DNA from: a virus | Lineage: Duplodnaviria; Heunggongvirae; Uroviricota; Caudoviricetes | Length of the DNA stretch: 64,000 nucleotides | Reading direction: 5' to 3' (one strand) | Virus record (IMG/VR): IMGVR_UViG_2529292828_000009 | In this document: positions 42,717 to 52,605 of the stretch, piece by piece | How positions within the stretch are numbered: the stretch's first letter is position 1 | Layout: each line of letters opens with the position of its first letter | Translations under genes and position numbers: made by a program | Notes under the pieces: generated by a model | The model's input: only the letters and a program-made list of their open reading frames with translations | Databases searched by the model: none | Told to the model about the DNA's origin: nothing

Positions 42717-43367
42717 TTAATTTGATTTATTCGCATCCATCAACGCTTTTAACTCCTCCGGCGTAAAAGGTGGTTTGCGTCGGTGCAACATCGCATGGCA
42801 ATTAGGACACACAGGAAGCAAATCATTAACTGGATCCAGCAGGTAATCCTCTTTAACGGCTGAAAGCGGCACCAGGTGATGCATATGGATAAAGCCCTCA
42901 GCGATATCGCCATAGATCTTCACCAGATCAACGCCGCATACGTTGCACTGGCATCCGTGATATTCGACTGCTTTCTCGCGAGCTTTTTTATCGCGTTCAT
43001 AGCGGTTTACCGTCACCTTTATCGCCGCACCTTCAACGTAGGTCCCCTGCGACGGCAACTCATCCGGGAACAGAACATCGGCTATGGGAGCCGCAGCGGC
43101 TTTATCCTGATGAATATGAAATCCCTGATCTATAAGTAGTTTGACGCATTTAGATTTTATTCCGCCGGTGAAATCCGCAGGGGTAAATTGCGTCCCCGTC
43201 ATCAATGTCGCTGCGATGCCAGCAATCGCCTTCGAGGGGTAACGTCGGCCATGATATTCAATTTCATACAACCGTGCAGGCTGGAACTGATGAGTTTCTC
43301 CCGCATCCCATAAATGAATAGCTTCGATGATATACCGCCGCGGAAGATGATCGGGGAGTTTATTCAT
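42717..43367 (-). CDS. HNH endonuclease family protein with uncharacterised N-terminal domain (possible restriction/defence nuclease)
   Basis: C-terminal CQCNVCG...HMHHLVP...CPNCHAMLH zinc-finger HNH motif. Confidence 0.6.
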   Translation of the reverse strand: MNKLPDHLPRRYIIEAIHLWDAGETHQFQPARLYEIEYHGRRYPSKAIAGIAATLMTGTQFTPADFTGGIKSKCVKLLIDQGFHIHQDKAAAAPIADVLFPDELPSQGTYVEGAAIKVTVNRYERDKKAREKAVEYHGCQCNVCGVDLVKIYGDIAEGFIHMHHLVPLSAVKEDYLLDPVNDLLPVCPNCHAMLHRRKPPFTPEELKALMDANKSN

Positions 43368-43446
43368 AGAGAATGTCCTTATACGTTCTCAGAACAAGCA
43401 GCAAAAAAACAAATGAGATCAAAGTAATATATCTTCACTTGCAGGC

Positions 43447-43689
43447 TTGAACAGCAGAAAATTTGCGAGCATGATCGCAATTATTTCACTGCCAGGGATA
43501 TCAATGGCTTCCAGTAAATCGCTACAGCAGGCAATTGCCAATATAAAAATCTGGCATAAGGGTGAACAGCGCGCACCGCATAAACCATTGTTATTGCTAT
43601 ACGTATTAGCGGGATACCTGAATGGACATCCACGCCTTTTCGATTATTGTAGTGGAACAGTCTACGAGGATGCAGTTCGAAGTGAGTAA
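43447..43689 (+). CDS. Hypothetical small protein, possibly a gene fragment
   Basis: 80 aa ORF, no strong motif. Confidence 0.25.
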   Translation: MNSRKFASMIAIISLPGISMASSKSLQQAIANIKIWHKGEQRAPHKPLLLLYVLAGYLNGHPRLFDYCSGTVYEDAVRSE

Positions 43690-43745
43690 GTAAAGGTTGC
43701 TGGAAACGATCAATGCCGCCATACAATGATATTTGAGGATCAACA

Positions 43746-43931
43746 ATGAGTAATAAAAACTACGAAAGTCACCGCAAAGCGATTGTTAGTAAAGGTATAC
43801 CACCCGCTCTATTAAATAGGCTCACCAATTCGGATGTTCAGGTGATCAATACCTTCTTAACACGAGTGAGCAAACTGGAACTATCTCAACAAGAGAAAGA
43901 CTGGATCATAAAAATCATCTCTATGGTTTAG
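43746..43931 (+). CDS. Hypothetical small protein, possibly a gene fragment
   Basis: 61 aa ORF. Confidence 0.25.
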   Translation: MSNKNYESHRKAIVSKGIPPALLNRLTNSDVQVINTFLTRVSKLELSQQEKDWIIKIISMV

Positions 43932-44131
43932 AGAATTTCAGCCTTGTAGCCTTTCAAGGGTTTTGTGTGGGTACAAACATTATCGAATCGGGATATAGCC
44001 GCAGCTGTAGCTGTATCCACATCAGTAAGTTGATGTAGGTTGACTTAGGTTGAGCGAAAAATAGCGAAAAGCCTTGTGTGGCGCGGATTTCAGTCATAAA
44101 AAAACGTCCGTTGACGTCTATTGATGTTCCG

Positions 44132-44167
44132 ATGGTGCGAAGGTGCGAAGGTGCGAAGGCCGGACTC
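44132..44167 (-). repeat. Degenerate att-type direct repeat (tRNA 3'-end-like) with three tandem GGTGCGAA octamers
   Basis: TGGTGCGAAGGTGCGAAGGTGCGAAGGCCGGACTCG; last part matches the repeat at 55785..55808. Confidence 0.5.
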
Positions 44168-44519
44168 GCATATTCATTTAAATTGTTGTAAAAAATGGAT
44201 TTTATTAATAATTAATTCAATTATGCCCCCTTTTGTGCCCCCTCCATTCGCTGTTCACATTTTGATTTTTGTTGATTATTTATCCAAAAATTATCGAAGA
44301 AATAGTCAATCCAGTTAGGTTCCGTTAAACGGATCCAAACCGGGACTTGACTCAACAAAAAATACTTTTTTTTCGCAAAACCATGCACACTATTCACTCT
44401 GCAACTTTTAATTTATATATCAATTGGTTATGTATTAACAGTTAGGTGAAGAGTGAACTGCTATCTCTACATTCGTACGTTTCCAATAAGAAACCCGGCA
44501 TCAGCCGGGTTAGTTGTAA

Positions 44520-46844
44520 TTATTTGATTGTTAGCTCATCACACTTGGGAAGCCAGTCTGCATTACTTTCCTCTTTTAAAGTGAGGTTAGTCTGCATTCC
44601 CTGATTAGTTCGCCGCTTCTCATAATTTAGCCCGTATTCCTTCAGCATAACTGGTAGCCCTTTGCCAAACATTGTCAGGCTAAGGGTATTTTTAAAGCCA
44701 TTAGCCTCCATGTATACGAGATAGGCATGGTAAAGGTACGTACGTGGCTGGCGCGGGACAATATTGGCGTTCCCCATAAACATGCCGTTGGTGTCAGGTA
44801 ATGCCTCAAGGTAGCCACAAAAATCAAATGCTGGATCAGCATCACGCTTGATGGTGAGAGCCTCATCAGAATTCTGCTGCGACTGAAGCAATGTTCTGGC
44901 GCTCATCGGATCGCTGAAACGCTGCATGAGCTGACGAACAATCACAGCCAGTTCTCGTGCAATTTTATCTTTCAACTGCGGATCGCGTTCTTCCGGTGCT
45001 ATCTGCTCAGGAAAATGCAGAATAACTCTCCTGCGGGACACACCACCACTGCGATCAGTGAAGCGCATAGGATTATTATTTACGGCCAAGATAACCGCCG
45101 GAATATGTGTTGAATAAGCATTCTGATATTTGGGGTCCACAGATACTGCATCGCCACCAGTTATAGCCTTAAGCCCGGCGCCGTCGCCGCTCCACTTCTC
45201 CTGATCAGGCAGGCGAATAAGAGAAAAACCTATCAGAGCCGCACGTTCTCGCGGGGACTCCAGCGTTTCAATGGTCGCAGAGGTGGCGTTATCCTCTCCA
45301 GCAAGCATGGTCGCAATTTCAGCCAGAATACTTTTGCCACTTCCACCAGGGCCAGTCACTTCCAGAAAGAGCTGCCAGTCATAACGGTTCGCCAGCACCA
45401 TAAATAACGCTGCAAGAATAATGTCGCGTTTTGCTGGCTTGTGTCCGGCGGCCCGGTCCAACCAACGCCAGAATGCCGGGGCATGAGTTTCAAGCGTTTC
45501 CCCCTTTACCGGTGGCGTGAAATCGACTTCACACAGGGTACGCAGCCAGTTCTCTTTACAGTGCGGACTAAAAAGCCCTGTTCGCGTATCGAGAACGCCA
45601 TTACGAAAACCAATCAGATGACGTGACGGATTTTGCTGCTGCGGAACAATTAACTTTAATGTTTCCACCAGTGAGGCAATTTTTCCTGAGGAAAACGGTG
45701 CCCCGAGGCGCTGGAAAAGGGCTGCGACATCTCGGGCAAAATCTGACTGAGAAATAACTTTCCACGCTCCAGACTCGTAGCGGGATAAAAGCTGCCCGTT
45801 CGGATCAACCGCCAGTGCATCCCTGTAATGCTCCCGAACCCTCTGAGCTTTTTCGCTGACACTCATCGCTGTGAATTCTGCTTCACTCATTGTGTCGAAA
45901 GGACTGGCGTTATGTGGCTTCAAAGCCTCAAGAATTGCCTTCCGGGTGGATTCCTCTCCGTATTGGGTAAGCGCATCATTCCAGTCACCAAAAACCGGTG
46001 GCAGCACAATGTCACACTGACTCGCTTTTGCAGCAGTTTCAGCCCTGTTCTGGCCTGAACCATTCAGATCGCGGTCCGCTGCAATAATTAACTGATATCC
46101 AGGATACTTATTATGGGCAACGCTGCTCAGAGAAAGAAAGTTGACCGACGAAAATGCCACCATGACGGCTTCTCCTGTCAAATAATGAATGGTAAGCGCC
46201 GTGGCGTAACCTTCCGTAATCCAAATCCTTCTTACAGAACTCCCGCCCCCTTCTATCAGATGATAGGCCTCCTTAACCTGACCTCCTTTAAGAAAACACT
46301 TGCTACCATTGCTACTGATAAGCTGAATATTCACCAGCTCCCCGTCAGCGTTATAGAGTGGGACGATCAAATCACCGGGGCGGAACATCACACCACCGGC
46401 CTTATGAGCTGAAGTCAGCTCATGGCAAATATGCTCCGGGAAACCTTTATGTGTAAGATAAGTGTTTCCGGCAGATTCACGCGAGGCTTGCAGCAGTCGC
46501 GCGGCAAGTGCTGCCGCTGCATCTTTCCCGCTATCGGTATCGGCGGTTAACGTCCTGACCTCGGAATTAACTATAGACAGATCATGTGTCAGTCCATGTA
46601 TCCTGTCAGCTGCTTCACTGATATCCACATTCAGTGCCCTGGTGACAAGCGCTAAACCATCCCCGGCTCCGCACTGATTGCAGAACCATGTTCCGCGTCC
46701 TTCCTGATCGTCGAAGCGAAAACGATCTTTACCGCCACAGACCGGGCAAGGCTGATGGCGATTTTTCAATATATTCACGCCCAGCGCTGGCAGAATCTGA
46801 GCCCAGTGACCGCGGGCAGCCTTCACGGCCTGACTGACTTTCAT
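44520..46844 (-). CDS. P4 alpha-like primase-helicase (start at internal Met)
   Basis: Zinc-binding CPVCGGKD...CNQCG N-terminus, central primase region, C-terminal Walker A GPGGSGKS. Confidence 0.85.
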   Translation of the reverse strand: MKVSQAVKAARGHWAQILPALGVNILKNRHQPCPVCGGKDRFRFDDQEGRGTWFCNQCGAGDGLALVTRALNVDISEAADRIHGLTHDLSIVNSEVRTLTADTDSGKDAAAALAARLLQASRESAGNTYLTHKGFPEHICHELTSAHKAGGVMFRPGDLIVPLYNADGELVNIQLISSNGSKCFLKGGQVKEAYHLIEGGGSSVRRIWITEGYATALTIHYLTGEAVMVAFSSVNFLSLSSVAHNKYPGYQLIIAADRDLNGSGQNRAETAAKASQCDIVLPPVFGDWNDALTQYGEESTRKAILEALKPHNASPFDTMSEAEFTAMSVSEKAQRVREHYRDALAVDPNGQLLSRYESGAWKVISQSDFARDVAALFQRLGAPFSSGKIASLVETLKLIVPQQQNPSRHLIGFRNGVLDTRTGLFSPHCKENWLRTLCEVDFTPPVKGETLETHAPAFWRWLDRAAGHKPAKRDIILAALFMVLANRYDWQLFLEVTGPGGSGKSILAEIATMLAGEDNATSATIETLESPRERAALIGFSLIRLPDQEKWSGDGAGLKAITGGDAVSVDPKYQNAYSTHIPAVILAVNNNPMRFTDRSGGVSRRRVILHFPEQIAPEERDPQLKDKIARELAVIVRQLMQRFSDPMSARTLLQSQQNSDEALTIKRDADPAFDFCGYLEALPDTNGMFMGNANIVPRQPRTYLYHAYLVYMEANGFKNTLSLTMFGKGLPVMLKEYGLNYEKRRTNQGMQTNLTLKEESNADWLPKCDELTIK

Positions 46845-46867
46845 TCCTGACATGACGCAGTTCTCCC

Positions 46868-47191
46868 TCAGTGTAAAACCGGCTTTTTGATGTGACGGAC
46901 GCATAACTCATCCATTACGGCTATTCCGAGCTGGGAGAGTGCGGGACAGGACATTAGAGGGCCGTATTCCATCAGGTCTGAAAGCAGGGCGCAGGCGATT
47001 TCCATGCCTTTTGTTTGCCCGTGCTGTCGCAGATAAAATCCTTCAAGCTCACGGGCAATAGCGGTTTCAATTTCATCCAGAGTGAGCTGCAGATGGCGGT
47101 TTTGCTGATAGCAGGCACTCAACCAGGCGCAGGCTACCGCGCGGCGATACAACGCTACCCGAAGTGAAAGGGAAAGAGTGCGTGATTTCAT
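46868..47191 (-). CDS. Hypothetical protein of the P4-like left operon
   Basis: 107 aa ORF directly upstream of alpha. Confidence 0.4.
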   Translation of the reverse strand: MKSRTLSLSLRVALYRRAVACAWLSACYQQNRHLQLTLDEIETAIARELEGFYLRQHGQTKGMEIACALLSDLMEYGPLMSCPALSQLGIAVMDELCVRHIKKPVLH

Positions 47192-47412
47192 TGCACCACC
47201 TCCATGTTCATGAGGTCATCCTGGCAACGCTGTACCACGCCATCAAGCTGCTCTGTCATCAGATAAATCAGGGAAACCAGTTGTTCACATTGAGCACTGG
47301 CAGGTTTTTCGTAGCAATCCTGAAGAACAGCCATTCCAGTGACAAACTCTCCCACGTTACGAAGATGCTTCAGGCGGAGAATATCGTCATAAGAGATTGC
47401 GGCGTGATTCAT
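47188..47412 (-). CDS. Hypothetical small protein (position equivalent to P4 epsilon; start at internal Met)
   Basis: ORF between immunity region and alpha operon. Confidence 0.35.
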   Translation of the reverse strand: MNHAAISYDDILRLKHLRNVGEFVTGMAVLQDCYEKPASAQCEQLVSLIYLMTEQLDGVVQRCQDDLMNMEVVQ

Positions 47413-47599
47413 TAGATCACCTCCCGGACAGGCAGGCGAGCAGCAAGACAAAGCACATACTCATGGACCAGTGAAAGACGTGCATGATGCTCATTGCTGG
47501 CGATGATACGCAGCATACTGATACGTGGTTTACGTTCTGCACGACGAACGGCGGCAAAAACAAATATAAATTGAGGATGTGACGGGGCGAGGATCGTAG

Positions 47600-47870
47600 C
47601 CATAAGGGCAACCTCCAATAAGTAGCGGTAAATGCCACCACCGGAGTTCCTACGCTCATGGGTGGTGACCCGAACGGGGGTAGGAATACCGGCCTTATTG
47701 GAAACCGGCCAGCCCGAAGGCTGCCCCGCCCGGACCACCATTATCTGAAAGGGGCTAAGGTATAAGCACCGCAGCCCGAAAAATGGGTGTGCCTGAGCAA
47801 CGACGTAAAAAAAGACGCACGGCGCGTCTGGTGTCGCCAATAAGTAACTCGGGTTCCTACGCCCGGCAGC
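47600..47870 (-). ncRNA. Candidate P4-type CI-like immunity RNA region
   Basis: Two direct copies of CCAATAAGTA...GGNGTTCCTACGC (~47615-47655, ~47837-47862) flank a complementary segment GGGGGTAGGAATACCGGCCTTATTGG (~47676-47702); hairpin + T-run on minus strand at ~47796-47828. Confidence 0.4.
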
Positions 47871-47956
47871 CGATTTTGCGGCAGCGGGAAAACTATACCT
47901 GGAAAAGATATCAGGACGCAAGCCAGAAAAAAGGAGATGAGACTGCAAAGCAAGTT

Positions 47957-48217
47957 TCACGCATGGCCTCCTTGCTCGCGGGCAGCAATTCGCGCCGCCA
48001 TCCATGCACTGACCTCCGACTGTACCCAGGCCACATTTTTTCCACCCAGGGATATCTGCTGCGGGAAGGCATCGCGGCTGATAAGGTCGTAGATGGTTGA
48101 ACGGGATAGCCCGCAAAGGTGCATCACTTCAGGTAATCGTATGAAGCGCTCCTGCTGAGCCGGAACCGGGAGCACCGGAGCAGCTGGTGCCGGGGTGGAA
48201 ACGGAAATACTATTCAT
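47957..48217 (-). CDS. AlpA-family transcriptional regulator
   Basis: 86 aa; [23 protein letters not shown] typical of AlpA. Confidence 0.8.
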   Translation of the reverse strand: MNSISVSTPAPAAPVLPVPAQQERFIRLPEVMHLCGLSRSTIYDLISRDAFPQQISLGGKNVAWVQSEVSAWMAARIAAREQGGHA

Positions 48218-48860
48218 CTGGCTACCTCTCTAATATGTTTACAACAGTCCGGGCAATTCCATGCGGATTCAGGTAGCTCCTTATTATGTTTATATAAGCG
48301 GCTCGCGCATGCTTTATTTATTTTGTGTGAAATGTTGATTTCTCAAAAAATAAAACAGCTAAAAACCGTATGAAACGAACAAAAACAAACAATTCCTTTA
48401 TGGAATATAATAAGGAGCATCAATAATAAAAAAGTCTATTACACTAGGCAGGATCACAGCTCAAATCTGAACCAGCCCATATCATTCAGGGCTTTACATC
48501 ATAAGCACTAAGACAACACCTGATTAATAAAAGAGCCAAAAACGGCCAAAAATAAACAGCTCACCATATGTATCAATAAATCCGATGATTAAAGAAATTA
48601 AATTACCATCTTACTTCCGCATGTATCCGAATGTGTTTAATGAACATCAGACAAATTCATTTTTATGAATATTTTCCTGAAATGCAACTGAGTGCAGGGA
48701 GGTTGAATGTTCAATTATTAAACAGATATAAGACATCTTTTATTCTTTACATAGAATATGTATTGAATACTGGTGAATATTGGTGAGGAGAAAAGATCCA
48801 GTAATAAACTGAAATAAATATCGCGACTTATATGAAAAAGAAATATATGTTTAATTTTAT

Positions 48861-48970
48861 CTCTGTGAACAGTCATGAACAGTAGATGATCACTTTAATT
48901 AAAACACTACACCACTTAACCACATGTATTTACTATATTTTTATTGAAGTGAACAGTAGTGAATAGTATG
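48861..48970. repeat. Cluster of GTGAACAG-like octamer repeats (candidate alpha-binding iterons)
   Basis: gtgaacag / atgaacag / gtgaacag / gtgaatag within ~110 bp of AT-rich intergenic DNA. Confidence 0.35.
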
Positions 48971-49122
48971 TATTAAAGGAAGCGTGTAGATCAGACATGA
49001 CACCTTTCTCTGGCTAGCCAGAACAAGGTCATTGTTCAGTCACTGACACAATCCTCCTCGGTAGTGCGCTTGTATGGACCCCGGCACAATTGACACAACA
49101 ACAAAACACTACCGGAGCAGCC

Positions 49123-49875
49123 ATGACAACTGTTAACCAGATCTCTGATGCAAACATTACCCCCACCCTCCCGCCGAAAATTCGCGAAGCGGTGGAAAAA
49201 GTTAAGGCAGCAAAAGCTGTCTGGCAGGAAGAACGGCGAAAACAAACCGAAGCTGCTGCAATGACTGAAACTATCCGTAAACGTCAGGAAGATACAAAAA
49301 CGGAGACGCAGGCGCTTAATGATGAATGGCGAAACCTGTTTCGTGAGAATCAGGGGAATATGACGCCACGAATGAAAAAACTGCGGGCAGAAATCGCCCT
49401 CGGACGCGAAACACTAGATGAGTTCGAAGATTTGCTGGCTGCTCAGGCTGCAGAAAATGAATTCCTGCCATGGAAAACTGCGGATGCTGCAAACCGCTAC
49501 ATCAGCGAACATAATCACCTGATTGAAACTCATGCAGTGTGGCTCTGGAATGAGTTTATGAAGGAACACGGCCAGAAACTTATTCAGATCCTTGGACTGC
49601 TGAAAATGACTCTGGGCCGAAGCGCATCTTCTGTTATCGGTGTAGTTCATACCGTAAACGACCCCGAAAGTGTGCTGAAGCAATTTATCAGCGAGCAACT
49701 CACCACTCCGGCACTGTTCTGTAACGTATCTTCAACGGATGATATTGCCCTGCCGGGGATCAGCATTTATGCGGACGATAAAGCCATACAGGATGCCAGA
49801 CAATCACCCAGCCCTGCAGCACGTTCCCGGATGCTTAAACAGCGTGACATGGCTAAAGGGGGCGAGAAGGAATGA
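49123..49875 (+). CDS. Sid-like capsid size-determination protein (putative)
   Basis: Coiled-coil-rich ORF directly upstream of psu; GGAG RBS before internal ATG. Confidence 0.5.
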   Translation: MTTVNQISDANITPTLPPKIREAVEKVKAAKAVWQEERRKQTEAAAMTETIRKRQEDTKTETQALNDEWRNLFRENQGNMTPRMKKLRAEIALGRETLDEFEDLLAAQAAENEFLPWKTADAANRYISEHNHLIETHAVWLWNEFMKEHGQKLIQILGLLKMTLGRSASSVIGVVHTVNDPESVLKQFISEQLTTPALFCNVSSTDDIALPGISIYADDKAIQDARQSPSPAARSRMLKQRDMAKGGEKE

Positions 49876-50426
49876 ATACCGGAACCATTACTCAGGAAGC
49901 TCTCAACGATTACCGCGCGGCAATAAAAAGCTGGCTGACACTACGTAATGTGCAAAGTACCAGCCAGCTTCGTCTGGCTGCTTTGCTGGATACTGAAGAA
50001 AAACCCGCAGCATATGCCAGCCAACTTGAGGATCTTCGTGAGCGTCTTGCACTCCTCGAATGGCAGATTAACTGTGCCGCCCGGGATGGTCTTTATGCTC
50101 ACCAGATTGTGCTGGAAAGCTGTGTTACAAGCGCAACTGAAAACTTCATGAGCGAGCATGGTGATGCACTCACTGACGCTCTGGCTCCTTTTCTTTGTGC
50201 ACCATACGGGCTTGAGGCGGCAATGAAAATATTACGAACCGCTGTAGCCCGACAAACGGAAGTCCGTACTCCGGTAATTTCAGCAGCATATAAGAGCATT
50301 ATCGACGAAACCGGATTAACGGTGGATGCATCAATGCGCGCTGATGCTTCAGCCAGTTTCACCCCGGCACAACATAAAGTTTTCCTGGCCCGCCTTAACC
50401 GACTTAATGAAAAAGGAGTGTGCTGA
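49872..50426 (+). CDS. psu: Polarity suppression protein Psu
   Basis: 184 aa; segments resemble P4 Psu as recalled (FTPAQ..., HGxAL..ALAP). Confidence 0.75.
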   Translation: MNTGTITQEALNDYRAAIKSWLTLRNVQSTSQLRLAALLDTEEKPAAYASQLEDLRERLALLEWQINCAARDGLYAHQIVLESCVTSATENFMSEHGDALTDALAPFLCAPYGLEAAMKILRTAVARQTEVRTPVISAAYKSIIDETGLTVDASMRADASASFTPAQHKVFLARLNRLNEKGVC

Positions 50427-50427
50427 T

Positions 50428-50700
50428 ATGGCCCTGAAGTGTCCTGAATGTGGCGCGGTCGCTCACGCCAGAACCAGCGCCTATGAAGCTCCGTCGGTTA
50501 AACGCTCATGGTATCAGTGCCAGAATCTGGAATGTTCCTGCACATTTACCGCACTGGAAAGCGTGGATACGATAATTATGAAGCCTCGGTGCAATGAACA
50601 GGAATCAGACAAAGCAAAAATACCGGAAAAACAACAGCAAACTCTCAATCGCTATGGCTCCGCGTCAAAGCTGTCAAACCGTCAGCAAATTCCTGTCTGA
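50428..50700 (+). CDS. Ogr/Delta-family zinc-finger late transcription activator
   Basis: CPECGAVAHARTS...YQCQNLECSCTF pattern as in P2 Ogr. Confidence 0.8.
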   Translation: MALKCPECGAVAHARTSAYEAPSVKRSWYQCQNLECSCTFTALESVDTIIMKPRCNEQESDKAKIPEKQQQTLNRYGSASKLSNRQQIPV

Positions 50701-50723
50701 TTAGCAAAATACGACCACGAAGT

Positions 50724-50747
50724 CCCGGTCCAGTACCGGGATTTTTT
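50724..50747 (+). terminator. Rho-independent terminator after delta
   Basis: CCCGGT-loop-ACCGGG hairpin followed by T-run. Confidence 0.5.
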
Positions 50748-50791
50748 ACGCCTTTTCCCTGGCTGGCCTGAGAGCGTATGAGTGCATATCT

Positions 50792-50830
50792 ATGGCGCAT
50801 GAAAACGCATGAGTCTCATGCGCCATTTTT
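50792..50830 (+). terminator. Second hairpin + T-run
   Basis: 11-bp stem ATGGCGCATGA/TCATGCGCCAT followed by TTTTT. Confidence 0.4.
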
Positions 50831-51306
50831 GACGCGAAAGCCCTTGTGTGGTGGCTTCTGAGACGATTTACGGGGTGCATGAAAACCAGTCTGTTAAGCG
50901 AAGCTGGCAGGCGGGCGGGGCTGCTCGCGCTAAGGGAGAAAATAGCAAACTCAGCCGCGCAGGCGGTGACAATGATTGACGAGATACTGGCTGGCAGTTG
51001 CTGAAATCTCCGCAATGATTCAAGAACTGCAGTGTATCGATGCAGCACACGTAAACTGAGCGGCGCTACGGGTAATATTTATAGATTTGTCATCCTTAGT
51101 GAGCATGGTTCTCACTCTTGTAACCTCTACCTGTACAAGATATCGTAAGACCTCAGATCAAACATGCACGTGTATTAAAGGTGGGCAAGCGTGGCGGGAA
51201 GATAATTGTGCGCACTGTAGTCAAAGATAGGGATTGTGATTACTTTTTCTTCCAGCCGTGGTGTAGTAAATTATTGGGAACAAACTCTTAATGACATCAA
51301 TGGATA

Positions 51307-52605
51307 ATGATTATGACTACAAATCCGGACGGATACATCTCATTTTTAAAACCCGGTAGTAACGACTGGAAAGCATTAGATAGTAAATCGTTTATTTATT
51401 GGCGAGACTACATAACGAATGAAAGTTTAGAAGAGTCAGGAGATTCTATTTCTCCAGCACAATCTCTTACTGATGGTGAAAAGAAGGAGTTGAAAGACAA
51501 TCAGGCATATATAAACGAACTATTACTAAAATCATTACAATTCCCAAATCTTGCATTCTTCGCTGGGAGTGGTACTTCGCTTGGGGACGTTGGAGGACCA
51601 AGCATGTGGGATCTCTGGAAGTGTGCAATGTGGAGTGAATCTTCTATAAACGAGGATGGTCAATTAAAACCTGATGCTCAAATTGTTTGTGATAAAGTAA
51701 AATATAAAGAGCGAGAGTATCCTAACATAGAACACTTTCTTTCTAATTGTGAAGCATATTTAGCATTTCATGATGATGAAGAAGTGTTGAATTTTTTAAA
51801 TAAAGTTAAAACAATTATTTTAGACAAATGTCGCTCATTTATTGATGATGGCAACTGTGATCTTTCAGCTTACATCAATTTATTACAAAAAATGGGGAGG
51901 AGGAGAGTCAGAGATCCTAGACTAAAAGTTTTCACAACTAACTATGATTTAGCCTTTGAAACAGCTGCTTCTGAATTAGGAATGATGGTAGTTGATGGTC
52001 TTTCATATACAGGAGTTCGCAGATTCGATGGTAAATATTTTAACTACGATGTTGTTAAAAGAGATGAAAACGAGCATGAGTTTGTAGAGGGCGTATTCCA
52101 GTTATTTAAACTCCACGGTTCTGTAAGTTGGATAAGAAAGGATGGGCAAATATATGAATCCAGCCAACCAACAGCAACAAACGCATGTCTAATATATCCA
52201 GCGAAAGGTAAATATCAGCAAGCCTTTATTCAACCTCACTTAGAATTACTTTCAAGATTGTTAGATTTCTTGAGAAAAAGAAATAACTGTTTAGTTATAT
52301 CTGGATTTGGTTTCAATGATGACCATCTTTCTGAACCAATTTACTCAGCAATAAAATCCAATCCAAGCATGAGGTTGATTATAGTAGATTTCAAATGTGC
52401 AACTCATATTCGGAATAAAGGGGGGGACGGTTCTAGTAAATATTGGGATTTACTAAAACAACTCTCACTATCAGGTTATGACATTCACTTCATAAATGCA
52501 TCTTTCAGTGATTTTGTTAAATTAGTTCCCAATCTTAAAGCATTAACCCCAGCAGAACAGTTGGCTAAGGTAATAAAACAAGTAGGAGTTAACAATCAAT
52601 TATGA
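51307..52605 (+). CDS. SIR2-like NADase domain protein (candidate anti-phage effector)
   Basis: Motifs FFAGSGTS...GPSMW, TTNYD and KLHGS resemble SIR2-family NAD-binding/catalytic motifs. Confidence 0.75.
   Translation: MIMTTNPDGYISFLKPGSNDWKALDSKSFIYWRDYITNESLEESGDSISPAQSLTDGEKKELKDNQAYINELLLKSLQFPNLAFFAGSGTSLGDVGGPSMWDLWKCAMWSESSINEDGQLKPDAQIVCDKVKYKEREYPNIEHFLSNCEAYLAFHDDEEVLNFLNKVKTIILDKCRSFIDDGNCDLSAYINLLQKMGRRRVRDPRLKVFTTNYDLAFETAASELGMMVVDGLSYTGVRRFDGKYFNYDVVKRDENEHEFVEGVFQLFKLHGSVSWIRKDGQIYESSQPTATNACLIYPAKGKYQQAFIQPHLELLSRLLDFLRKRNNCLVISGFGFNDDHLSEPIYSAIKSNPSMRLIIVDFKCATHIRNKGGDGSSKYWDLLKQLSLSGYDIHFINASFSDFVKLVPNLKALTPAEQLAKVIKQVGVNNQL

Noticed and set aside
44132-44160. GGTGCGAA x3 tandem as a microsatellite or CRISPR-like repeat
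   Set aside because: Three short copies only, embedded in the degenerate att repeat; local slippage.
47412-48116. 234 aa minus-strand ORF spanning the satellite immunity region
   Set aside because: Low-complexity, Arg/Pro/Ala-rich translation with no motif; overlaps structured repeats and the AlpA gene in another frame; more likely non-coding RNA/regulatory DNA.
50746-51050. Two overlapping minus-strand ORFs (100 aa and 60 aa) between delta and the SIR2-like gene
   Set aside because: Antisense to terminator/cos-like non-coding region; Ala/Arg/Leu-rich with no motif; likely spurious.
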